Part shown: piece by piece, positions 38,536-49,790 of the stretch
Layout of the letters: each line of letters starts with the position of its first letter
Position numbering within the stretch: the stretch's first letter is position 1
Notes under the pieces: generated by a model
Told to the model about the DNA's origin: nothing
Database searches by the model: none
Seen by the model: the letters and a program-made list of their open reading frames with translations, nothing else
Translations under genes and position numbers: made by a program
Source of the DNA: Lama guanicoe
Taxonomy: Eukaryota
NCBI GenBank assembly: GCA_013239625.1
Contig: MU053934.1
Coordinates: 2,436,399 to 2,500,398, forward strand
Reading direction: 5' to 3'
DNA: 64,000 bases

Positions 38536-40839
38536 GTCACTCTAGATCAAGTTCCAAAACCTAGTCTCTGAGGACCCCTACCTTCACCTCCACCCACCCT
38601 CCCGCCCCTCCCGTCTGTGCCACTGTCCACAAGCTTTTTAGTGACTTTCCTGAAGAGAAGACAATGCACTCCATCCCAGAGGGTCTGAGCAGCTAAAAAA
38701 AATCACTTTCTCTCTTACTCTCTTACTACCCTGAAAAGTCAGACTCACAGCACAATGAGGGTGGGGGAGGAGGGGGACAGAGGAAGAAGGTCCAGGCCTG
38801 GGGCTAGGAGTTCAGCTCACTTTGACAGACTCATGGGCATTCTTGCACCTGGAGAAGGAGGCCAGCCCAGCCCTCCAGGGCTCTCAGTCCAGTGAGGGAG
38901 ACGGATGTGTGTTCACAGGGCATGTCTGGTTGAAGGCCAGCTGGAGAAGGGGACGAGGCCTCAGTGGGTCTCTGAAGAGCCACCTCCTGACCTGGCCCCT
39001 CCCCAGCTGGCCTCAGGCTCCCACCCATCATCCCCTCTCCTCCCCGGGTCTGGTTTCCTCTGTTAACCAGGGAGTGGGAGCTGGTCTCTGAGGGCCTTCT
39101 GCCCTGAGGTTAATGACTTGGGGCAAGCAGAGTTCTGGGAAATGCAGCCTCCAGAGAGGAGGCCTCAGAGGCCAAGTCCATCCGAGCCAGTGAGGCCACG
39201 AGCCCAGGCCCCATGTGCACAAACAGACTCATCTTCCCAGGCTGCCCCAGCTCGGGGCAGCCCCAGCTCCCAGCCCTCCTAGGCCACTGTCCAAGGAAGC
39301 CGTTAATCTGCTGGTTCCCCAGAGCCCACGGGGCCAGTGCCGGGACAGGGAGGGCCTGGGCCAGCCCAGCAGAGCCTGCCCTCCTTCTCCTTTGCTGACA
39401 AGGAGACACCTACTCTTGTGGCCCGAGAACTGGGGCTCAGGGGTCAGGGCCAAGTGCTGAGCAAACACTAGGCCCATTGGGCAGCCAGTCCCCTACCTGC
39501 AGCCACTGTAAAGTCACTCCTAAACCATGTGGTACTCAGCAGCGCAAGTAAGTGCAGGCATGGGAGGGAGGGTCTTTCCGGGGTCCAGGGATTTGGCAGG
39601 GAGGAGGCACCCTCAGGGGAACTAGCTCCTCCTTCCCTTACGTCCTTAGAAATACTCTCTCTCTGCCAACCTCAGTCAAGAGGAACCCCAAACTAGCAGT
39701 GGGGGCCCAGAGCCACCTCTGGATTCTATCCTCTTGCTGGTTGACCCCAGGCAAGGCCTTGACCCTCTCTGCTTTCTATTTCCCTCTCCTGGTCTAGCCT
39801 TGGTCTATCTCACCATCACTGGCCCCTGCAAGATGGGAATGATGAATACAAGAAATAATATGGGAACAACTAATATTCTCGTTTCCTGGGGAGTGAGTAC
39901 TCGGTGGCCCAAGGACATACAGTGGTGCCCAAAGTCACATGGGAAGTGGCAGAGATGCTGGGGCCCAGCCAGGCCTCCTAGGTGAGGAGAGAAGGTCCTC
40001 TGTGATGAGGTCTGGGCGGCGGGATAAGGATGAGGAGCGGTCCAGTCACAGGGTCCAAGATGGAACAATTCCTTGGTAAAGTTCCACACGTCATTCATTC
40101 CTTCACTCATTGTCTTGGCGGAGTCCTCTGGGCAGGGCCCCATGGGGAGCGTATGGACGGGGAAGACTGAAGGGGGAGGTGAAGTAGGAGGGGCTTGGAG
40201 AGGCGCTGTGATCTTAGGAGCTGTGTTTTCTCCTGTAGTCCAGGAGTGTCTGCATCCAAATCACTAGGGCTTTAAAAGTGCACGTTTCCAGGTCCCACCC
40301 CAGACCCATTACCATCACCAGATCTTTATATGAATGGTTGCTTTGAAATTGGGAGTCTCAGAGATGTCAGGATTTGGGGCCTGGGACTTTCTTAGGCAAA
40401 GGTGGCAGGGACAAAAATGTGGCTAGATGTGGAGCAGGTCTGCTGACATTCTGGCTGCTCAGCCCTCCCTCCCCCAAAGTAAACCAGCAGGTGGGAGGTG
40501 CAGGTGCTGGGCTCCAGCTCGGGTTTCAGGCCTGGGGACACTCCTTCCGCTGCTCTCAGCCACAATAAAGCACTCCCTTTGACCTGGGAATCCCATACCT
40601 ATAAAATGCCCAAGAAGAAATAAGCTCTATGTACTAACATGTTCATGCCAGTCTCATTTATAATGGACAAAAAAATTAACTGAAAAATACCTAAGCGTTG
40701 GACAGTGGGGGAAAGGTGAAAGGGTGTGACCCTCGCTGAGTGACATCCCCAGGTCTGGGATACATTGAAGGGTGGTTGTGGGAATGCTGCTATGGGGGGT
40801 GGGAAGGCTGTAAGGGAGAGGAGCAGGGACCCCGAGTCA

Positions 40840-41010
40840 GACTGTCTGGTTTACATCCTGGCTCTGCCCCTTCCTGGCTGTGTGACCTGAAGCTGTAACT
40901 ACAGCTCTTTGTGCCTCAGTTTCCTCATCCATAAACTTAGGACCTACCTCCTAGGGTTATGTAAGCATTGAAGGAGTTCATATACAGAGTGTTTAGAACA
41001 GTGCCTGGAA
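40840..41010 (+). mobile_element. MIR SINE
   Basis: gctgtgtgacc...tgtgcctcagtttcctcatc...tttagaacagtgcctgg. Confidence 0.75.
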
Positions 41011-44000
41011 CCTCTGTGTGCTAGCCGTGACTATTAAACTATGTAACATGCTGTTACCAGCTGAGTTGTGTCTCCCCAAATTCATCTGTTGAAGTCCTAA
41101 CCCCAGTACCTCAAAATATGGCTGTATTTGGAGATGGGGCTTTTACAGAGGTGATGGCATTAAAATGGCTCACCTCTGTGCCTTTGCACATGCTGTTCCC
41201 TCTGCCTGGAATGCTTTTCCCATTGCTCCTATTCAGGGCTTCTAATCATTCTGTGCTTATCATCATGATGGTAAACAGTACCTGTTTCTACCGTGGCATT
41301 TATACTTTCAATTGTCTCTATGTGTCTGCTGGAAGCTTCTTGAGGGCAGGGTCCGTGTCCTCCTCTGCTTTGACTCCTAATTCCGAGCACCAGGCTGCCC
41401 AGAGAGGCACCCACAGACACCAGCTGGCTGAGGTTAGGGGATGCGGTCACCATGGTGGGACTGGAGAGAATGTTCTAGCCTTAGAAGTAGATCCTAAGCC
41501 AAGAAATCTTCTGCCTCCTGCTCAGGGCTCAGGGTGGCGGTGGCAGGTAGAAGAGAGAGGCCCAAAGTCCCTATTCTCGGGGACAGCAGTGTGGCAAAGG
41601 GGGAGGCATAGGTGCTGGGTCAGGGCACCCGGCATTCACTTCCCAGGGTGTGTCTTGGGCACATCATAACAAGTCTCTGGGCCTCAGTTTCCTCATCTGG
41701 GACATGGAAACAACCATTGCTACCTCAAGTGGGTGTTGGGAGACTCAGATGTGGTGGCACCCTGGCAGTGTGGGACACAAAGGGATCCAGATTGCCTGTT
41801 GGCTGGAGGTCGAGGCAGGCAGCAGACCAGAGACAGACAGCTACTTGCCTGTGGTCACCCAGGAAGCCGGCTGAAGGAGGGGAACCAGCTCACCCCATCA
41901 ATAATTAGCAGCTGGCTCACAAAAGGTGCTCCCATCGGTGGCTGGCTTAGAGGCGTGAGCGAGAGGCCAGTCAGACGTGGCCGGGAGGCATGGAGAACAG
42001 AGGACTAGACTCCGGGTGAATTCCAGTGGGCATTCTCCAAGGGTGAGGTCACCACCTTTAGCTCCCCGGGGGCTGCCGGAGCCACCGGCACCACTGAGCT
42101 AGCTCCAGAGCAGGAGGGGGTGGTGAAAGGGATCAGAGCCGAGACACAGAACCAAATGTAAGACCCACAGCCTGGCACAACAACCAGCCCCTCCCCTGGT
42201 GAGGTGCTGGGGCCCTTATCTCGGGAAGCCTGGTGTTTCCTGTTTAAGATGTAGCTCAGAGTCAGGGGAAGCTGGGGGGAAGGGGAAAGCAAAGCAATGA
42301 ATGCTTCTTGAGCGCCTGCTGGGTACCAGAATGTTTAATCCTCGGATGGCCTCATTCCCTCATTCCGTGGTGATTGCTATTAGCCCCAGTTTGCAGATGA
42401 TGCAAATGAAGCTCGAAATGGTGAAAAGCCTTGCCCCAGAGAGAAAGTGGTGTGGCTAATGGGTAGGAACACAGGCCCTTTGGAATCAAAGACATCTGAG
42501 TTCAGATCTGAGCTCTGACTCCGATCATGGCCAACTTAGCTAAGCACTCTGGGCCTCAGTTTCCTCCTCTGTAAGTTGGCGATGGTGGCAGTGGCCACTT
42601 TCTGGGCTTGTCAGGAAAGCTCAGTGAGAGGATGCAGGTAACGCCCTCACTGAGCGCCAGCCTTCATCATCCCCATCTTGCTGATGTAAGCTGAGCCTCA
42701 GGATGGTGAGGCAATGTGTTCGAGACCACAGGCCGGGTGGTAGCAAGATTAGAACTCGAACCCAGATCTCATTCTTCCTGCCCTACTTATACCACTGTGC
42801 AGTGGCCGGTGGTGGCCCTGGCTTCCAAAAGGCTGTTAAGAAGTGGCTGGAGAGGGGAGGCTCCTTGGAACAACCAGTGGCCCAGATTTCCGGCAGAGCC
42901 ACGGAAGCCAGTCCCGGGGACTGGGGTTCAGGGTCACGCCTGCAGCCAGTGTTCCAGGCAGCGGAGAGGAACTGCGAGAGTGTGCCTGGAAGCCTGCCTT
43001 GTCCACAGCATCCTGCCCTCCACCGACATTGTTCTCTGGACCCTCCCAGCCCAGGGCCCGCACATTAGGGATTTCCGGCAACCTGGCCAAACCACCTTCG
43101 AGTTCCTGAGCAGCTTTCCCTGGGTGGCTGGGGTCGGGGGGCTGAGCTGGCCCGGCCCCTTGCTCCGGGCAGGGCTGGCTGGGAATGGCACTGGCACAGC
43201 CCTGACAACATCCCCTTGACCCACATGTCCTGGCCCCACAGACTGCCCTTCTCAGAAACACGGCTGCTCTCCTCACTCCCGTGACGAAAAGGCCGTGACT
43301 CATTTTCATCTTAGGGTTGGCTGAAGTCAGGGCACTTGGCTCCAGGTCCCTGACAAACACACTGTGACCTGGGCAAGCCACCTTCCTCCCTGTGCCTGGA
43401 TGATGCCCCGGGTCCCCTTGTGCCCCGACATTCATTCAGGGTGACCCACTGCCCTTTGCTCTGCTGTCTTAGAGCATAAGCTTCTTGAGGCTGAGGTCAA
43501 TTTCCCTCCCATGTTCATATGTTGAGAGGGAACCCATGTTAGTGACCACCATTCAGCCATCTAAATGCTTCTAAGACCTGCGAATGCTCTTGGTGGTGAG
43601 CATTCCTATTTAGAACGGCATCTCGATCGTTCTGCTGACATCACTCTGTGCTCAGCCTCCTCATCTGTGAAATGGGGAGAACTGCCTGGCCAGAGAGAGG
43701 TGGGGGGGTCACAGGAGAGAACACGAGTAGAGGAGCCAGCACGGCAAACTCAAGTTTCCAACTTTGCCTCCCACCTCAGGTCAACTGGATAAACTTGGCA
43801 TCAGAGGAATAAATGTACAGAAGCCACGACCCAGGACATCTTGAGGCTGAGGGGGAGCCCCTTTCCAGGGCTTTCAGGAGGTATCTGTGCTGCAGAGGGG
43901 CTGGGGGTCTCCCCCTGCCCCCCAGCAGGACTGCCAGCCCCTCCCACTTCCATGGGCCCGGGAGCCGAGGCACCCAGAGGGCAACAGTGGGGCCGACGAT

Positions 44001-44261
44001 GCAGAGCCAGCAGCGTCCTGGTGAGATCAGCGCCGTGGAATTAGTCAAAGGGGATCACCCTGAGGATGCTGTGCTCACAGCCAGTGACTCATGCCACGAA
44101 CAGCCTCACGGGCAGAGACTGCCAACCCGGGACGGCCGTGGCACCAGCTCACCTCGCCCTGCAGCGCACCTTTTAAGGAGAAGGAGCTCCAGGGCCTTTG
44201 CCAGCCCTTCTCCACACCTTCCCAGGGCGGTAGGAGGGGCCAGACCCCCCCCCCCAAACCC

Positions 44262-44410
44262 CGGGTTCAAATCGGGCAGCGTCACTTTCAGATGTGACCT
44301 TGGGCAAGTCAATTTCTCTAAACCGGTTTCTTCACTTGTAATATGGAAACAATACTTGTCTCACAAAAGAGGAATTAAATGAGGTAATGCATATAGAAAG
44401 TGCTTGGCAA
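44262..44410 (+). mobile_element. MIR SINE
   Basis: gggttcaaatc...tgtgaccttgggcaagtc...attaaatgaggtaatgcatatagaaagtgcttggca. Confidence 0.75.
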
Positions 44411-45779
44411 AGAGCACCTTTTAAGGAATGGCAGTGGGGGACAGTGGAAAGGGCCCGGGTTCAGGAGTCAGGGCACCCAGCTTTGAATTCTGGCCCCAAC
44501 CCTGCCTTGCTGGGCGTCTTTGAGTTACTCAACTCTGCATCAGCGCCTCTTCTGTAAAATGAGCTGACACCACCTGCCTTGGCAGCCTGTTGAGGGATTA
44601 GGAGCATCCACTACATTTTATAAGACGATGCGGGAAGTGCAGGGGCCAGCCCCGGTGCCTGTGGGCTTCACGATCTCAGACAGGGTCCCCCACCTTCCTG
44701 AGTGGGTCTCGTGTAAAAGTGAGCGAAGATGGTAACGCCGGCCCTGGGAGGCTGCTGTGGAGAGGTGCTTAGCACAGCGCCTGGCGCCCAGGAAGCGCCC
44801 TCTGAGCACCGCTGCTCTGAGTCATCTAACACACAGCTCTGGGCCTTTCTCCACGAATGTCAGTTGCTGGTTTATTTCCCTTCCACATGCCTTTGACAGA
44901 TCGCAGGCCTGCGGCCTTCCAGAGGCCACAGGCCCTGCTTCAGAAACAACCCCACCCTCTTGCATCAATCACAGCAGCCTTCCCAAGGCAGTCCTGGGGC
45001 CGACCCCCTCAAGTCCCCAGAGGTAAGTCCTGGGGCCAACCCTTCAAGTCCCCGGAGTTAAGTCCGGCAGTTCCAGTAGGAACAGGCGAGCCACTGAGAA
45101 AAGCGCACCCGGCACCCCAGGGCCAAGGGGAAGGGTGTCGGGACACCCCTGCTATTTAAGCCCCACAGCTCCCAGGAAGCGGGCAGCCCAGCTGGGCAAG
45201 CAAGCCAAGGGGCAACTTGGCCACATTAGGGAGAAGGGGTGGGCTTTCCTGGCTGGCAAGCCTGGTTTGCCTGGCACCCTCCTCTGTGGGCCAGAGAGGC
45301 TGGGAACAGGACAGGGCAGAGAGCTTGGCCCTGAGGCCGCGGAGTTCCTGTGTACACCCAGGAAGGACAGCCAAGTTCCCTCAGGGTTGGGAGTGGGGGA
45401 GCGGCCCAGGTCTCCTGTAGGAGTGAGCACCAGTTAGAGGAGGAGGCCCCAGAGGATGGAGAGGGTCAGCTGTGAAGAGCCCAGGCTTCAGAGGCAACCA
45501 GGTCTGGGCAGAACCCTGGGCTCTGTGCCCTGTGAACCTCAGTGTCCTCATCTGCATAATGGGGACAACAAACACCCCTCTGCCTTACTTGTACGTAAAG
45601 GCGTCCCCAGAACATGGGCCACCACTGACAACAGTATTAGTAACTGGAAGGGCTGGTCAAAGGCAAGAGGGTGGCAGAGTCAGAGGAGGAAACAGGGACA
45701 GCAGCCCAGCCTGGGCAGTGGTCACAAGTGCTCCCAGAGCCCAGACAGAACGGAAGCTGTCCACAGCACAAGCCCTAGT

Positions 45780-45785
45780 TTTATT
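45780..45785 (-). terminator. Distal poly(A) signal AATAAA of TXN2
   Basis: Plus-strand tttatt about 760 nt after the stop, followed on the minus strand by GU-rich sequence (cttgtgctgtgg...ttctgtct). Confidence 0.7.
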
Positions 45786-46048
45786 GGTCTGGTTTTTTTC
45801 ACAGTGAAGCCTCCTGCTCAGAGAACCAAAGGGCCAGATAAAGGTGAGGGAGGGTAGGGTCTTGGGCCTTCCAGAGTCAAGGGTGTGAGGATGTCCCCAG
45901 CCCGAAACATGTCTGCTGCCCTCGTGCCTGGGAGGAAAGGGGGACGCGGCTCCTTGCGGGCGGGGGTGAAGGTGGATACAGGGTAATTAGGAGCAGGGCC
46001 CAGGGTCTGTTCTTCATCGCGGGAGGTAGAAGGGATCACATAAAGTTC

Positions 46049-46054
46049 TTTATT
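46049..46054 (-). terminator. Proximal poly(A) signal AATAAA of TXN2
   Basis: Plus-strand tttatt. On the minus strand it is preceded by a U-tract and three TGTA (CFIm-type) motifs. Confidence 0.6.
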
Positions 46055-46543
46055 ACAGACCTACAAAAAATGAGAGAATTACATATTACTCTCACTTGTT
46101 TGGGTTTCTTTTTTCCTTCTTTTTCTTTTTACAAAACAGCAGCAGGAAAGAAAGATGTAGGAGGCAGATGAGCCAGGCACTGGGGTTCAGATTACAAGGG
46201 GCCAGGGGTACGAGGACTAAGCTGTCACCGCGGGCTGGCCCCAGCGCTCTGTCCAAGCATCCTGGGAGATGGGTGACAAGCCCTAGGGGGAGCAGACAAA
46301 GAGAGCGGGTGGGAAGACGGCTGTCCCAGCTCAGCGGCAGAACCACTCCTCGGGCGGCCACCCTCGCACCCAGCTGGGTTGGGAGCATGTGCGGCCCCCA
46401 TGTTTGGTGGCCTGGTCTCCAAAGCACAGGCCCATGGGGCCAGACAGAAGGGAGGAGGCAGAAAGGGCTGTGAGTTCTATCGGGGGCCCCCCGGGACCAT
46501 GGGGCCCAGGCGGTCACGGGCAGTCAGGATGCTTCCCTGCTTG

Positions 46544-46657
46544 TCAGCCAATCAGCTTCTTCAGGAAGGCCTCCAGCTGGTCTTCATCCTTGATGCCCAC
46601 AAACTTGTCCACCACGTCCCCATTCTTGATGGCCAGCACGGTGGGCACCGCTGACAC
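46544..46657 (-). CDS. TXN2: TXN2 coding exon 4 (114 nt including TGA)
   Basis: Encodes [37 protein letters not shown], with the cis-Pro VPT motif. Acceptor ...cctccaactag. The three exons total 263+124+114 = 501 nt = 166 aa + stop, the known TXN2 length. Confidence 0.98.
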   Translation of the reverse strand: MSAVPTVLAIKNGDVVDKFVGIKDEDQLEAFLKKLIG

Positions 46658-48225
46658 CTAGTTGGAGGGGACAAAGGTGGCTGAGTCACTTGGAGGTGAC
46701 CATTCATCCTAAGCCTTTGAGGAGGGGGCTGGTGGCTTCTGCAGGGCAGTGACTCCCCAAAGCCATGGGTGGGGCCCCTTCTCTTCGGGCAGGGGTACAG
46801 CAGGGCCTGGAGGCCCACCCACTGGAGAAACTTTTCCATTGTGGGCTCCCAGCAGTACCCTTCCTCCCCCAACCGCATGACTGACTCACTGTCCCAGTGG
46901 TTTGGCTGGAATGACAGGAGAGATGAAAATAACCCATGCAGCTGCAGGCTAGGGCTGGGGGTGGGGAGGAGCTGAGGGGCTAAGAGAGCCTCCCTGGGGG
47001 GCGGCCTGCCACAGTGGGGACTGGGAGATGGGAGTCTGAATCCTGACCCTGTCGCCCACTAGCTGGGGGCCTGGGCTGGGTCACACCACCTTCGGAGCCT
47101 CGGTGCCCCATTCTGTGAGATGGGGATGACAGTCTCTATTGTGAGGGTTTAGGACAGGATTAAAGATTTGTATTTAAACTAAGTGGTCAAAATTCTGGGG
47201 CCGAATGATCCAATCTTGGGCCGCTCTGGGCAAGCCACTTCATTACGCCAAGTCCCGGTGTTCTCATCAGCATATGGAGATACCACGGGGACTTAATATT
47301 AGAGGGCATGGGTGCCGAGCGAGATGATCTACGCAGGGTCTCAGCACAGCGCCTGGCACACAGTGAGTGCCCAGCAAACAGAGGCTACAGAGGGCACATC
47401 ACGGAAGTTGGACCCAAGGCCCCACTGGGGTTCCTGGTGAACAGGGCCCAGAAATAAACGGACTCGTCCCGGGCAGGGTGGGAGGCGGGGCTCAGCCTGT
47501 GCGACGTGATGCTGATTTATTAGGGCTGTCGGACATTCTTGGCCTGTGAAGCATTTTCTCAAGCTCCCTCAGGGGACCGGTAGAGATCACACGGCATGTA
47601 AATGAAGCCCCAGACCTGCTCTGACATCGCATTTTCTGCTGCCTGGGCTCCCCGCCTGGCACTCGGGGGCATTTGAAAAAAACCATGTAAACAGAACAAG
47701 ATAAGCACAGACTTTTTTCTTACACACCAGTTAACTACAAAGTAACAACAGCAATTTCCACAAACATACCAGGTCTTCACACATCCTGAGAGCTGTCCTG
47801 CCCCTGACTCACCCTGGGAAGCCAGATTCAAGATTTAGAATGTTTGAATTGTGAATATGGGTTACAAAACAGAAGCGCAGGCCTGACCTCTCTCACGTCT
47901 CAGATGCCACTGCCACTCACGATGCGCCCCTCTCCTAATGGGCTTTGGGGACAAACACAGCAGGTAAGAGGATAGTGCCTTCAGGCCCCTTCAAGGACTG
48001 TCCTGGCGCTGCTGTGGGTGGCAGCTGACACACTGCCCAGAGGTAGTGCATAGGCAGACCCACCTGGTGGTGGACTGACCACGTGTGTCCCTGCTCATGG
48101 CCCCATCACTGGCTCCTGTCCTTGTCATTCCTGACCCTGGCATGGGTGGTGGCATGGAGTGCAAGGGCCCAGTACGTGGCTGCCTGGTCTCCAGGCCCAA
48201 CTGGGGCCTGGGCTGCTTTGTCTTT

Positions 48226-48243
48226 TGCGCCCTCTAGTGGGCG
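48226..48243 (-). promoter_or_regulatory. Candidate CTCF site in TXN2 intron 3
   Basis: Minus strand CCACTAGAGGGCGC matches the CTCF core CCASYAGRKGGCRS. Confidence 0.6.
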
Positions 48244-48735
48244 GTGGAGGCAGCGGCCTCACATCTGGCAACTCTCAATCCAGGCACAAGGCTCAGGCAG
48301 CAACTGTTAACTTCGCACTTAGTGGACGCCATGTTCGCCTGTGCTGAAATAAAAGCTGGATGTCAATCAAAGTCTAGTCACTACCGATCAAGGGTGTTCT
48401 TTGAAGTTTGAGCCTAGACACACACACACACAGCCATGGGTTTGCCAGAAGCTGGCTCTCCCAGGACACCGCAGGGATACCTGGGCTGTGATTGGACTTT
48501 CCTCCCCCACAAGGAGGAGGATGTGGCTTTACTGATCCTGAGTTTGGCTCACAAATCAGGAGGGGCTGGTGCTTGTAAACACTGCCTTAAATGGAAGTGC
48601 ATAGGTCCCTGGCACATTCTTCTGGAACAGCGATGTAAGTGTAAGGGGGCTGAGGTGGAGCAAGAATTCAGCTTGCCTCTCAATTCTGGCGCCACTGAGG
48701 GAACAGAGGGGCCGGAGATGTGCTGATCTCCGGGT

Positions 48736-48789
48736 GTGGGTGTGTGTGTGTGTGTCTGTGTGTGTGTGTGTGTGTGTCTGTGTGTGTGT
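48736..48789. repeat. Imperfect (GT)n microsatellite in TXN2 intron 3
   Basis: Seen directly. Confidence 0.95.
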
Positions 48790-49650
48790 TCGTTCTCTTC
48801 TCACCAACCTGCTGCCCACCCGCCCACACTGCCACTGAGCTCAGTAACTATATCCCATCTCACCCCCATTTCCTCCATTTGTGAACTGCTAAGGATCTAC
48901 CAAGGGACAGGCACAGCACTCGGGGTCACAGGAGACTGGTGACCTCCCCCTTGGCTAACTGCAGCACTAACACAAAGGACAAGGTCACTGTCACCCCAGT
49001 TGCCACATACTGGTGCTTTTTAAGTGTCAAGGAGAATACAGGCCATTTGCATGTATTCTCTCTCATACATCCCCGCCTCCAGGAGGGCTTATTTTAGAGA
49101 TGAGAAGACTGAGGCTCAGAGGCTGAGTGACTAAGTGGTAGAACTGGGATTTGAAACGAGATTTGTTTGACTTCACTGTCATGACATCAAACTACGCTGT
49201 ACCTCTGCCCAAGAGCAAGGAACTGGAGATAAATACTGAGTCCCAGCAGGGCAAGGAAGGACATGTCAGGAAGCATTAAAAGGACTTCATGCTTCAAATG
49301 AGAAAGGCTAAATGCTTTGTAGAGCTTTTGGATACAGGATGATCCTTGGAGAAACTATTACTGAAAAAACCAAATCCAACTATGATTCTGGAGACGGCAG
49401 AATTATGGAGACACTAAGAAGATCAGTGGTTGCCAGGAGTCCAGGGGGAGGAGGGAGGAAGCGGCGGCGCACAGGGGATTTTTAGGATGGGCAAACTATT
49501 CTGTACGATACTGTAATGGTGGATACATGTCGTTACACTTTTATCCAAACCCATAAAATGTTCACCTCCAAGAGTGAACCCACTTGCTGACAGGCAGCCT
49601 GTGCTGAGATGGCCGGTGAGAGGGGCTCTAAAGAGAGAAGCACCTCTGCT

Positions 49651-49790
49651 GGTGGGTGCAGCTCAGTGGTAGAGTGCTTGCCTAGTATGCATGAGGTCCT
49701 GGGTTCAATCCCCAGCACCTCCATTAAGAAATAAGTGACTAAACCAGTTACGCTCCTCCTAAAAATCAAAACGTTAAAAAAAAAGAAAAA
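49651..49790 (+). mobile_element. Camelid tRNA-derived SINE (Vic-1-like) in TXN2 intron 3
   Basis: A box (agctcagtgg), B box (ggttcaatcc), unrelated tail and poly(A). Degenerate TSD aaagag..agcacctc. Confidence 0.85.

Larger units (their letters stand above)
45760..46543 (-). other. TXN2: TXN2 3' UTR
   Basis: Unique sequence after the TGA, with AATAAA hexamers on the minus strand at 46049-46054 and 45780-45785. Confidence 0.8.

Noticed and set aside
49651..49723. tRNA gene
   Set aside because: The tRNA-like A and B boxes are followed by a SINE tail, poly(A) and a TSD, with diverged copies elsewhere in the window; this is a SINE.
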